NCBI GenBank assembly: GCA_965205605.1
Contig: CBDBHE010000002.1
Span: 96,001 to 160,000, forward strand
Reading direction: 5' to 3'
Source: Spirochaetota bacterium
Lineage (GTDB): Bacteria; Spirochaetota; UBA12135; COTS27; CBDBHE01
DNA length: 64,000 nucleotides
Part shown: piece after piece, positions 9,244 through 18,733 of the stretch
How positions within the stretch are numbered: position 1 is the first letter of the stretch
Layout of the letters: each line of letters begins with the position of its first letter
Program-made: the position numbers and the translations under genes
The notes under the pieces: model-generated
What the model saw: only the letters and a program-made list of their open reading frames with translations
What the model was told of the DNA's origin: nothing
The model's database searches: none

Positions 9244-11304
9244 ATGTCTTTTAAAAAAAAACTTTCTTTTTTATTGTTGCTTTTTCAGTTTATTTCTTTG
9301 TTAGTTGCTCAAAAAACAAAATTTTTTGAAATTTCAAATGAAAATACTTTTAATAAAGGGCAATTTAGTAATGCTTATTTAATTAATGATCATTTCCTAT
9401 CGTTAGCTCCAAAGTGTGAGTTGTTTACAACTGTTAATGAAGTTATTCTTTGGAATATTTTAAAAACTAAAACCCATCTTTTAGTTGCAACAGGTCATGA
9501 TGGGCTTGTTTATTTGGTTGATCAAAAAGGCAAATTAAATAAAAAACTTAAAATAGGTTCTCAATCAGAAATTACTGGTTTTTTACAAGGGCCTAAAAAT
9601 ACAATTTTTGTTTCTTCTGCTCCTGAAGGTCGTATTTATAAAATTTCTTCTGATTATAAAAAAGTGACTCTTTTTGTGACTTTACCAGAGCAATTCATTT
9701 GGTCGATGGCTCATAATGGAAAAAATTTATATGTAGCTTGTGGGGGCAATGGAGGGATCTATAAAGTTGATCTTGCATCTGGAAAATGGGAAAAATTTTT
9801 TCAATCTACTGAGAATAATATTTTAAAAATTAAAATTAATAAAGAAACTCTTTACGCTTCTACCTCTGGACAGGGGTACCTCTATCAAATCTCAAAAAAA
9901 GGAAAAGCTAAAGTACTCTATGATGCTGGTGGAAGAGATATTAATGATTTCATTTTTTATAAAAATAATATTCTTTTGGGAACAACAGGGAAATCGATTC
10001 AATCTTTTGTTAACTTGGGTACCAATAAAAAACAAATGAATATTAATAAAAGAAAAATGAATACCAATAAAAAACAAATGAAACAAAACTATATTGTTAA
10101 AATTGGAAATAATGGTCACTTATCAATACTTGCAACATTTGAAAACGAATTGATTTCTTCTTTAGTCCTGGATGAAAAAAAAGAACATTTATATGTAGCT
10201 GCTTCTAAAGATAATGGGAAAAAACAAAAAGGTTTTATTTATTTAATTGATTTAAAAAAACATTCTCTTAAAAAAATATTTTTTGCGTCAGATTTTTCTA
10301 TTTCTTCTTTTTCAAAATATGAAGATGATATTTTTTTTGCTTGTGGTAATAAAGGTTTTGTTTATAAATTAAATCTTTATTACCCTGAGAAAGGTTCTTA
10401 TTTTTCAGATGTTTTAGATGCTTTTGAAACAGTAAAATGGGGAAAATTATATTATATATTATATAGTCCTGAAAGTTTTAAAAAAAATCTTGACTCTTAT
10501 ATCAATGTACTTGTTCGTTCTGGTAATACATTTTCTCCTGCAGTTGAAGATGGGTGGTCTCAGTGGCAGCCCTTAAAAAATAAGTTAATTCAAAATAAAG
10601 CTTCTCGTTTTTTGCAATTTAAGCTTATTTTAAATTCTTTTTCTAAAAAAGTCTCACCTCTTTTATCTGATATTCGCATTTATTATGCCAGAGCTAATAA
10701 GCCTCATTTTATTCATAATGTTCATTTACAAAATACTATCTCTGCTAAAAAATATAAAAAATTAAAGCTCAAGCCTTATGAATTAATTTTACTTTGGGAA
10801 ACTTATAATCATGATAAAGATTTGCTTTCTTACTCAATTTACTTTAAACATGAAGGAGCACAAAATGATTGGACGCTTTTAAAAAAAAACGTTAAAAAAG
10901 ACTATATTATTTTGAATAAAAAAAATTTTGTTGAAGGCAGGTATCAATTTAAAATCATTGCTGATGATTTTTTAAGTAATGGTTTTGATAATAGATGTAT
11001 TGATGAAAGAGTTACTAGAAATTACTTAATTGATAATACAAATCCAAAAATTAATTTTGAAGTAAAAGGCAAAGAGAAAATTTTAGTGAAAGCTAAAGAT
11101 GATTTTTCTAGAATAAAAAATTTCAAATATTCTTTTAATGAACAAGAATACGTTGAGATATCTCCGGAAGATGGAATTTTTGATAGTTTAGAAGAGTCTT
11201 TTTTAATTAAAAGTATTAAAGAAAATCATGCCAAGATTTATATTAAAGTTGAAGATGAAAACAAAAATTTTGCTTTTAAAACTATCGAACTAAAAAATAA
11301 TTAA
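9244..11304 (+). CDS. secreted beta-propeller protein with C-terminal Ig/FN3-like domains
   Basis: Signal peptide; repeated blades (LLVATGHDGLVY, IFVSSAPEGRIY, LYVACGGNGGIY, LYASTSGQGYLY); RSGNT....WSQW; EGRYQFKIIADD; IDNTNP; SPEDGIFDSLEESF. Confidence 0.75.
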   Translation: MSFKKKLSFLLLLFQFISLLVAQKTKFFEISNENTFNKGQFSNAYLINDHFLSLAPKCELFTTVNEVILWNILKTKTHLLVATGHDGLVYLVDQKGKLNKKLKIGSQSEITGFLQGPKNTIFVSSAPEGRIYKISSDYKKVTLFVTLPEQFIWSMAHNGKNLYVACGGNGGIYKVDLASGKWEKFFQSTENNILKIKINKETLYASTSGQGYLYQISKKGKAKVLYDAGGRDINDFIFYKNNILLGTTGKSIQSFVNLGTNKKQMNINKRKMNTNKKQMKQNYIVKIGNNGHLSILATFENELISSLVLDEKKEHLYVAASKDNGKKQKGFIYLIDLKKHSLKKIFFASDFSISSFSKYEDDIFFACGNKGFVYKLNLYYPEKGSYFSDVLDAFETVKWGKLYYILYSPESFKKNLDSYINVLVRSGNTFSPAVEDGWSQWQPLKNKLIQNKASRFLQFKLILNSFSKKVSPLLSDIRIYYARANKPHFIHNVHLQNTISAKKYKKLKLKPYELILLWETYNHDKDLLSYSIYFKHEGAQNDWTLLKKNVKKDYIILNKKNFVEGRYQFKIIADDFLSNGFDNRCIDERVTRNYLIDNTNPKINFEVKGKEKILVKAKDDFSRIKNFKYSFNEQEYVEISPEDGIFDSLEESFLIKSIKENHAKIYIKVEDENKNFAFKTIELKNN
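10021..10083 (+). repeat. 3 x 21-bp in-frame tandem repeat (TNKKQMN/INKRKMN/TNKKQMK)
   Basis: accaataaaaaacaaatgaat, attaataaaagaaaaatgaat, accaataaaaaacaaatgaaa. Confidence 0.85.
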
Positions 11305-11327
11305 TACAAAAAAATTAACATCTTAAA

Positions 11328-11879
11328 TTAATTTTTTTTCCTAATTTTGTTCTTAAATAAAAAAGTGACAAAAATATCGATCACTTGAAATAATAGAAAT
11401 ACAAATGGAGCTAAAAGACCATTGATAATAATTTGACCAACTACATATTGTTTGAAATAACTTGATGCTGAAAAAAAATCTATTAAAATAATGATTAGAA
11501 TTATCTCTATTGTTTCTTTGATAATAGAAATTGTTAAAACAATCAGGACAAATAAAGGAATAGGAATGGTACTAAAATTCTTTTTGAAAAAAGTAGAAAA
11601 AATTAAACTAACGTAAAAAGAAAGACTATAAAATCCAAAATATCCATTTGAAATTAAATCAATACAAATAATAGCAAAGATGCTGATAATAGAAGCTGTT
11701 TTAATGGAAGTAAAGCAATAAAGGCCAATTAAAAAAACATAAATGTAATTAGGCTTAATGTCAGAAAATATAGGCCAATTATTGTTACTTGGGAAAGTTT
11801 GAATGAATAAAAGAATAAAAGCGGAAATAAAATAAATTAAAAATTTAATTATTCTTAGTCTTTTTGATGATAAAAACAT
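11328..11879 (-). CDS. mreD: rod shape-determining protein MreD
   Basis: Hydrophobic 183 aa directly after mreC; KPN, IDLIS..FG, NGLLAP motifs. Confidence 0.8.
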   Translation of the reverse strand: MFLSSKRLRIIKFLIYFISAFILLFIQTFPSNNNWPIFSDIKPNYIYVFLIGLYCFTSIKTASIISIFAIICIDLISNGYFGFYSLSFYVSLIFSTFFKKNFSTIPIPLFVLIVLTISIIKETIEIILIIILIDFFSASSYFKQYVVGQIIINGLLAPFVFLLFQVIDIFVTFLFKNKIRKKN

Positions 11880-12687
11880 GTTCTATTTTAAAAAAATTAA
11901 TATTTGGTTTTACAATGAGTTTTTGAAAAAGACCGTATCTGTTTTTATTAACACCAATAATGGTTCCAATAAAAATACCTTTTGGGTATTTATCACTATA
12001 ACCAGATGTTACAATCGACTTTTTTTCTAAATTTTCTAACTTGATATCAATATAGTCAATAATTGTTTTATCTTTTATAGGCGATTGTCCTTTCATAAGC
12101 CCAATATCTCTAGTTTCGTCAATAATAACACTAACATGACAACGATGATCTAAAATCGTTAAAATTTTACTTGAATGAGGCCCTATGTTATAAATATAAC
12201 CCACTAAACCACTCATTTCTTTATTAAAACCAATAACAGGCATGTTGACTTTTATTCCATCATTGCTTCCTTTATTGATAATAATGGTATTGAAGAGATT
12301 TTGAGGGTCTTTGGAAATAATGTTAGCTGGAATAATTTCTTTTTTTTTGGTGTAACTTAAATTGTTTAAAATATTCTTAATATTTTGATTTTCTTTTTTT
12401 AAAACTAATTTTAATTGTTCATTCATATTTTTGTAATGTAAGAGTTGTTTTTGTGTTTCAATAAGTTCAAATTGAAACTTTTCGGCTTTTTCAAATTTTT
12501 GATTTAAATATAAAGTTTTTTCTAAAATTTTTATTGAATAGGTTTGAAATGGAAGAATTGTAATATGGTATATTTTTTTGATATAATGATCACCGCTTAA
12601 ATAAGTGATATTTAAAACTAAAATAATAACAGTAATAGTAATGGAAGTAAAAACTAACTTCCTATATCTCTTATAAGTTGAACTCAT
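11845..12687 (-). CDS. mreC: rod shape-determining protein MreC
   Basis: N-terminal TM segment and coiled coil; IIINKGSNDGIKVNMPVI, GLVG, VTSG...YPKGIFIG. Confidence 0.93.
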   Translation of the reverse strand: MSSTYKRYRKLVFTSITITVIILVLNITYLSGDHYIKKIYHITILPFQTYSIKILEKTLYLNQKFEKAEKFQFELIETQKQLLHYKNMNEQLKLVLKKENQNIKNILNNLSYTKKKEIIPANIISKDPQNLFNTIIINKGSNDGIKVNMPVIGFNKEMSGLVGYIYNIGPHSSKILTILDHRCHVSVIIDETRDIGLMKGQSPIKDKTIIDYIDIKLENLEKKSIVTSGYSDKYPKGIFIGTIIGVNKNRYGLFQKLIVKPNINFFKIEHVFIIKKTKNN

Positions 12688-13699
12688 TTAGCTTATTTTT
12701 TGATTTGTAGTTTTTTAAATAAATGCTGGCACCTTTAACTACACAACTTAAGGGGTCTTCTGCTGTAATGACAGGAGTGCCGACTTGATGACTTAGCAAA
12801 TGTTTAAACCCTTTCATTAAAGCCCCTCCTCCAGAAAGAACGATTCCTCTTTCCATAATATCAGCTGCAAGTTCAGGAGGAGTTTTATCTAAAACCATTT
12901 TTATTTCTGAAATAATAACTTCAATGGCCTCATCTACAAATTCTTTTGTTTCTGACTTAGAAACCTTTTGGACTCTTGGAAGCCCTGTAATGCTGTCTCT
13001 ACCTCTAATATCATAGCTTTCTCTAGATTTCACATTCCAAACATCTAAAAAATTAATTTTAATGTCTTCAGCAGTTCTTTCTCCAATAATTAAGTTGTAG
13101 TTTCGTTTCATAAAGTTAACAATTGATCGATCAACCCCATCTCCCCCAATACGAATACTGCTTTCAATAACGATATCCCCTAGTGAAATAATAGCAATTT
13201 CAGTTGTTCCCCCACCAATATCAATAATCATATTTCCAGCTGGATCATCTATTGGCATGTTAGCTCCAATGGCGGCAGCTAGGGGTTCTTCAATGATAAA
13301 CACCTCCCTAGCTCCTGCTTGTTCGCAAGATTCTTGCACAGCCCTTCTTTCAACTGGGGTGATACTAGAAGGGACTCCAATGGCGATTCGAGGTTTAAAA
13401 AGGCTTTTTTTTTTTGAAACTTTAGAAATAAAATGACGAATCATTTTCTCTACCATTTCAAAATCTGCAATGACTCCATCTTTCATGGGTCTAATTGCTG
13501 TTATTTTTCCAGGTGTTTTTCCTAGCATCTTTTTAGCTTCTTTTCCGACAGCTAAAATTTTATTCGTTGCTTTTTGTATAGCAACCACACTGGGTTCTCT
13601 TAAAATGACCCCTTCACCTTCTATATAAATTAGAGTGTTAGCGGTGCCTAAATCAATGGCAAAATCTTTTGTAAAGACACTAAATAATTTCCCAAACAT
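12671..13699 (-). CDS. mreB: rod shape-determining protein MreB
   Basis: AIDLGTANT, EPSVVA, RPMKDGVIADF, DIGGGTTE, TPPELAADI, LSGGGA. Confidence 0.98.
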   Translation of the reverse strand: MFGKLFSVFTKDFAIDLGTANTLIYIEGEGVILREPSVVAIQKATNKILAVGKEAKKMLGKTPGKITAIRPMKDGVIADFEMVEKMIRHFISKVSKKKSLFKPRIAIGVPSSITPVERRAVQESCEQAGAREVFIIEEPLAAAIGANMPIDDPAGNMIIDIGGGTTEIAIISLGDIVIESSIRIGGDGVDRSIVNFMKRNYNLIIGERTAEDIKINFLDVWNVKSRESYDIRGRDSITGLPRVQKVSKSETKEFVDEAIEVIISEIKMVLDKTPPELAADIMERGIVLSGGGALMKGFKHLLSHQVGTPVITAEDPLSCVVKGASIYLKNYKSKNKLNEFNL

Positions 13700-13743
13700 A
13701 TATTAATTTCAATATTTGATATCTTTATGATTTTAAAGAGTCA

Positions 13744-14562
13744 TTATTGTAAAGAAGAAAAATCTTCATTATTTCCCATAGTGATTTGTTTTTCTCTTTG
13801 CTCGTTCTTAATAGAAAGATAACTCTTAACAAATTTACTTTTTTCTTTAAGCCCTAATTTTTTATAGAGTAAATTTACAAGTACGTCTCCAGCTTCTTGT
13901 ATTTCTTTAGAATAATCTTTATTATAAACAATTGTTTCTAATATTTTTTTAGCTTCTAAAATCTCCCCATTATGAATCATGCATTTGGCTATGCGGATAC
14001 TCCATTTATCGTTATTTGGATAATGCTTTGATATTTTTAAAGCAATTTCTTGTGCTTTTTTAATATCATTATTATGGAGATTAATTTGATAAATAATTTC
14101 ATAAACATTAAGATCGATTTTATTAACTTTATTAAGATATTTTCTTAAGTATTGATTAGCTAAGTAATAATAATTTTCATTTAAATTAAAATAACTTTTT
14201 CCTATTTCTTTGTAAATTTTTTTTTTCACAAAAAAAGAATGATTAATTAAATAATTACAAATTCTTATAATTTCAACTTTATTATTTAAGCTTTTTTTTC
14301 TTTCTTCTTTTTTTAATAATAAGGATAAATAAGAATATAAGATTTTTTTTTTATTTCCATATATTGAAAATTGTCTTTTAAGATTTTTTTGTGTTCCTTC
14401 TAATTTTCCTGATTCTAGTAAAATTTGATTATAATCTAAGTCATTTGAATACTTAGAAAAGGAAATAATTTTGTAAATAATAAAAGGAAAGAAAATAAAA
14501 AATAAAATTATGTAAATAATAACCTGTAAACTAATTTTCTTTCTAACGGTAATGCGTTCCAT
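13744..14562 (-). CDS. membrane-anchored TPR-like protein
   Basis: One N-terminal TM helix followed by TPR-like helical repeats (IGKSYF...YYYLANQYL). Confidence 0.6.
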   Translation of the reverse strand: MERITVRKKISLQVIIYIILFFIFFPFIIYKIISFSKYSNDLDYNQILLESGKLEGTQKNLKRQFSIYGNKKKILYSYLSLLLKKEERKKSLNNKVEIIRICNYLINHSFFVKKKIYKEIGKSYFNLNENYYYLANQYLRKYLNKVNKIDLNVYEIIYQINLHNNDIKKAQEIALKISKHYPNNDKWSIRIAKCMIHNGEILEAKKILETIVYNKDYSKEIQEAGDVLVNLLYKKLGLKEKSKFVKSYLSIKNEQREKQITMGNNEDFSSLQ

Positions 14563-14605
14563 TTACTTAAAACTCAATATGGCAATTCCAAGATAAATTA
14601 TAGCA

Positions 14606-15781
14606 TTATATATAATAAGATTTCAATGGAGGAAGCCCATTGAAATTAATCGAACTATACGAATCAGTATAAGCCCCAGAAGATAAAATGTAAATAAAAT
14701 CACCTATTTTTAAATTTTTAGGGAGTTTATATAGATGCTTTTCATATAAAATGTCCATACTATCACAAGTGGGTCCTGCTAGAGTATATTTTTGATAAGA
14801 GTTACTTGTTTTAGAGGTCCAAATTGGATATTTAATGGATTCATTTAATGTTTCTATGAGTCCATTAAAAAGGCCAACATCTAAATAAAGCCAATTTTTT
14901 TTTTTGTTTTTTTGAGTTTTTAGAATAATTTCACTAATAATAATACCAGTATTGCCCACAATTGCTCTACCAGGTTCAATAAAAATTTCAGGCAGATCAT
15001 TTCCAAAATTCTTATGTAAATAAAATTTGATGTTTTTTAAGTATTTTTCTATAGGTTTGTTTACTTCGAGGTATTCACTTGGAAAGCCTCCTCCCAAATT
15101 AATTGCTTTAAGGTTTATATTTTTTTTTCTTAAAGCATTAAATAAACGGTAACAACTAAGTATCGATTTTTTCCATTGATTAATTTTGTTTTGTTGACTC
15201 CCTACATGAAAAGAAAGGCCATAAGCAATAAGATTTTTTTGTTTACACCCAAGGATTAATTGGTAAATTCTTTTTGGTGAAGTCCCAAATTTTTTAGAAA
15301 GAGGCCAGTCAGAGCCTTTACATTTTGTATAAAGTCTAAAAAAAATTTTAGAACCAGGGGCTCCATTTGAGATTTTGTTTAATTCTTCTATCGAATCACA
15401 AGTGAAAAATCGAATGCCTTTAGAAAAGGCTTTTTTAATATCGATTTCTTTTTTGATGGTATTGCCATAACTGATCTTATTAGGCTTTACTCCTAATTTT
15501 AAAACTTTTTCAAGCTCATAAATAGAAGCAACATCAAAATTTGAATCTAAATCTTTTAATACTTTTAACACTTCATTTGCTGGATTGGCCTTCACTGAAT
15601 AAAAAACAGTGCTATTTTCAAAAATAGTATTTTTAATTTTTTTATATTGAGTTTTTATTTCTTCTAAATTAATCACTAAAAAAGGCGTTTTCTTTCCTTT
15701 AATAAAAGATTCAAAACGCTCCCAATACCCATTTTGAACATACTGCTCAATGATTGTTGCTGTTTTTTTAAGGCTGTTCAC
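14606..15781 (-). CDS. ornithine/lysine decarboxylase (fold-type III PLP enzyme)
   Basis: FYSVKANP (PLP Lys), FDVASIYE, WPLSKKFG, SFHVGSQ, NLGGGF, EPGR, GPTCDSMD, GAYT. Confidence 0.92.
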   Translation of the reverse strand: MNSLKKTATIIEQYVQNGYWERFESFIKGKKTPFLVINLEEIKTQYKKIKNTIFENSTVFYSVKANPANEVLKVLKDLDSNFDVASIYELEKVLKLGVKPNKISYGNTIKKEIDIKKAFSKGIRFFTCDSIEELNKISNGAPGSKIFFRLYTKCKGSDWPLSKKFGTSPKRIYQLILGCKQKNLIAYGLSFHVGSQQNKINQWKKSILSCYRLFNALRKKNINLKAINLGGGFPSEYLEVNKPIEKYLKNIKFYLHKNFGNDLPEIFIEPGRAIVGNTGIIISEIILKTQKNKKKNWLYLDVGLFNGLIETLNESIKYPIWTSKTSNSYQKYTLAGPTCDSMDILYEKHLYKLPKNLKIGDFIYILSSGAYTDSYSSINFNGLPPLKSYYI

Positions 15782-15847
15782 ACAAATTTAATGGAAGAGG
15801 TTAAATAATATTAATTTTATTTCTTATTTATGAAGGTTTGTTAAATT

Positions 15848-17213
15848 TTAGTTTGTTTTTTCAGGTGTATAGTTATCAAATCTAGGGTAATTAGAATGGA
15901 AAAAGAGGTCAATATCTCCTGTTTGCCCGTGTCTATTTTTTGAAACAATAATTTGTCCAATATTAGTAAGAGTTTCATTGTCTGGTTCATAATAAGCTGG
16001 ACGGTGAACAAAAAAAAACTAAATCGGCATCTTGTTCGATAGCTCCTGATTCACGAATATCGGATAAAAGAGGACGCTTATTATGACGTGCTTCGGTAGC
16101 TCTGTTAAGCTGAGTTAAAGCTACCATTGGGATGCATAGCTCTCTTGCCATTGCTTTTAATCTTCTAGAAATATTGGCGATGTGTTGTTCTCTATTAATT
16201 TTAAGGTCTGTTTGACCCATCAGTTGTAAATAGTCAATGAAAATAATTTTCGCACCCTCTTGGACCATTTTTCTTGCTTTTGCTGATAATTCATTAATTG
16301 TAATCGATGGTGTATCGTCAATAAAAATAGGGGCTTTTGTTAATTTTTCTCCTGCTTTGATTATTTTTTCCCAGTCAGATTCGATAAGTGTATTTTTTCG
16401 AAATTTATCCCCATTAAGTTTGGCTTCTGCACATAAAAGTCGAACACAAATCTCTGATTTAGACATTTCTAAAGAAAAAAATCCGATAGGGATTGAATTG
16501 ATCTTAGAAGAAATAGATATATTTTGAATGATACTAAGAGCAAACGCAGTTTTTCCCATAGCAGGCCTTCCTCCAATAATGATTAAATTTTCATTATGAA
16601 ATCCACCTATAATGTTATCAAGGTGACGATATCCACTTTGAATACCAATAACACTTCCTTTGTTTTTATAATTTTCTTCAATGACTTCTAAAGTTGAAAT
16701 AAAAACATCTCTTAGTTTTTCATATTCTCTATAGTTTGATTTGGAGATGTCAAAGAGCTCTTGTTGTGATTTTTCTATAATTTCAGAAGAATTCATCTCT
16801 CCAGAAAAAATATTAATAAAGTTATTATTAAAAATATCAATAACTTGTCTTAAAATTGATTTTTCTTTAATAATATTTGAGTAATAACTTGTATTGGTAG
16901 AAGAGGGGACAGAATCAATTAATTTAGTGATATATTCCACACCACCTGCTTTTTGGAGAAGGTCTTTTTCTTCTAAAATATTTTTTAGAGTTAAAATATC
17001 AATAGGAGCATAGCCATTTTTTTCGCGATATTCTAAGATAGCTTTAACAATAATTTGATTTCGCTCATCATAAAAATCATCTGTTTTTAAAGAAGAAAAA
17101 ATTTGATCAATGAGCTTGTTTTTAATTAAAATGGCTCCGATACAAGCTGTTTCAGCGTCTAGATTATTAGGAAATTTTTCTTTAGAAGAGCTTTTAAGGT
17201 TGGGAATACCCAT
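15848..17213 (-). CDS. dnaB: replicative DNA helicase DnaB (one extra base in the A-run at 16010-16018)
   Basis: GRPAMGKT, FSLEM, IDYLQLM, QLNR, RESGAIEQDAD; removing one base restores VHRPAYY...VSKNRHGQTG...RFDNY to a stop at 15848-15850. Confidence 0.95.
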
Positions 17214-17221
17214 TTAATTTT

Positions 17222-17677
17222 TTATGTTTCGAGTTTTGAAAGTTTGATCTTTAATTGAGTTTTGAAATCTTTGTTTAATTGAATTAGCACTGAATAGTCC
17301 CCTAAGGCTTTTAAGGGAGTTGAGATAATAATATTTTTTTTTTCTAAATTAATCTTATGTTTTTCTTTTAATTCTTTTGAAATCATTTGAGTAGTGACGG
17401 TGCCATAGATTTTACCTTCACCCCTTACTTTTACTTGAATGTCTAAGCAATCAATTTTTTTAAACCCATCAATAATTTGAGTATGTTTTTCTTTTTGCTT
17501 TATGATTTGCTTTTGAAATTCTTTTTTTTGCTTTTTTAGTATTTCCAAGCTAACTTTGCTTTTTAAAACAGCTTTTTTTTGAGGAAATAAGTAATTACGT
17601 GCATAACCATTTTTAACTTGGACAATATCCCCCGGGTTGCCAAGATTAGGCATTTCTTTAATTAAGATAACCTCCAT
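17222..17677 (-). CDS. rplI: 50S ribosomal protein L9
   Basis: MEVILIKEMPNLG..GDIVQVKNGYARNYLFP; GKIYGTVT. Confidence 0.97.
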   Translation of the reverse strand: MEVILIKEMPNLGNPGDIVQVKNGYARNYLFPQKKAVLKSKVSLEILKKQKKEFQKQIIKQKEKHTQIIDGFKKIDCLDIQVKVRGEGKIYGTVTTQMISKELKEKHKINLEKKNIIISTPLKALGDYSVLIQLNKDFKTQLKIKLSKLET

Positions 17678-17692
17678 TCTATACTTTAAAAA

Positions 17693-18133
17693 TTAAAAAG
17701 GGACTCCATCATCATCGTTTATATTGGTGTCTGGATATTGCTCAAACTGGATATCATCTTTGTTTGAAGTACTTGTACTTGTACTTGTACTTGTGTTTGT
17801 TTTGCCTTCAGAGCGAGAACCCAAAAATTGTATATTATTAGCTACAATTTCTACTTGACTTTTATTTTGACCTGATTTATCTTGATAACGATTTTGTTTA
17901 AGACGACCTTCAATAATTGTTTGACTTCCTTTTTTAAGGTAATTAGAGCAATTTGTTGCTAATTTATTCCAAGTAACAATATTAAAAAAACTTACGTCTT
18001 CTTGCCCATTATTTGAAGAGCGATTATTTGCAATTGAAAATTTACAAATAGGTGTTTGATTACTAGTGTATGAAAGCTCAGGATCTCTTGTTAAGCGACC
18101 TACTAAAATTATTTGATTAATATCCCAGGCCAT
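17693..18133 (-). CDS. ssb: single-stranded DNA-binding protein
   Basis: INQIILVGRLTRDPEL OB fold; acidic tail DDDGVPF. Confidence 0.97.
   Translation of the reverse strand: MAWDINQIILVGRLTRDPELSYTSNQTPICKFSIANNRSSNNGQEDVSFFNIVTWNKLATNCSNYLKKGSQTIIEGRLKQNRYQDKSGQNKSQVEIVANNIQFLGSRSEGKTNTSTSTSTSTSNKDDIQFEQYPDTNINDDDGVPF
17769..17792. repeat. (GTACTT)x4 hexamer repeat encoding a Thr-Ser tract in the SSB linker
   Basis: gtactt repeated four times; protein reads NTSTSTSTSTSN. Confidence 0.85.
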
Positions 18134-18459
18134 TAACTTTTAATTTTCTCTTTTTTCTTTAAAACTTCAAGAGCATTTTTATCTAAATAAGTAAAAAGAA
18201 ACCTTAAAATAGTTTCTTGCATTTTAATTTCTTTATTGAGCTTATTAATATGTAATCCATTGGCTTCAATATGATAATTATAATAATGCCCTTGTTTGTT
18301 TTTTTTTATTTCGTGACCAAATTCTTTTATACCCATATCGGTTTCTTTTTTGATCACAACGTTGTGTTCTTTAAATAATTCTTCTATTTTTTTTTTACTT
18401 TCTTTATAGAGAGATTCATCTTGATTATAGATAAAAAGTCCTTCGTAATCTTTATTCAT
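18133..18459 (-). CDS. rpsF: 30S ribosomal protein S6
   Basis: YEGLFI, MGIKEFGHEIKK..QGHY, ILRFL; sits upstream of ssb. Confidence 0.9.
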   Translation of the reverse strand: MNKDYEGLFIYNQDESLYKESKKKIEELFKEHNVVIKKETDMGIKEFGHEIKKNKQGHYYNYHIEANGLHINKLNKEIKMQETILRFLFTYLDKNALEVLKKKEKIKS

Positions 18460-18733
18460 AGTTTATTTTTAATTTTTACTCAATAAGTTTGTGTGCATTA
18501 TAGCATTTTTCTTTAGTGTAAGCTTTTATTTTTTTAATTTATTCATTTTTTTTTTAAAAATAAAAAATTTATGATTGTTGCTAATGGTATTTATTTAAAT
18601 CATATTTTTATTGATTTTTTTAAAGTAGAAATAACTTATTATGTTGCCCGATTAGTTGTTATGAAGTGTTTTTTTTATACTATTTTATATAGTATAATGG
18701 CATTTATAAATTTTTTAATTAAAAGGGAAATAA

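Noticed and set aside
18530-18570. Recurrent Tn-An junction palindromes in intergenic regions (also near 34640, 59895, 59990)
   Set aside because: Consistent with extreme AT bias and homopolymer richness; no shared flanks suggesting a REP or MITE family
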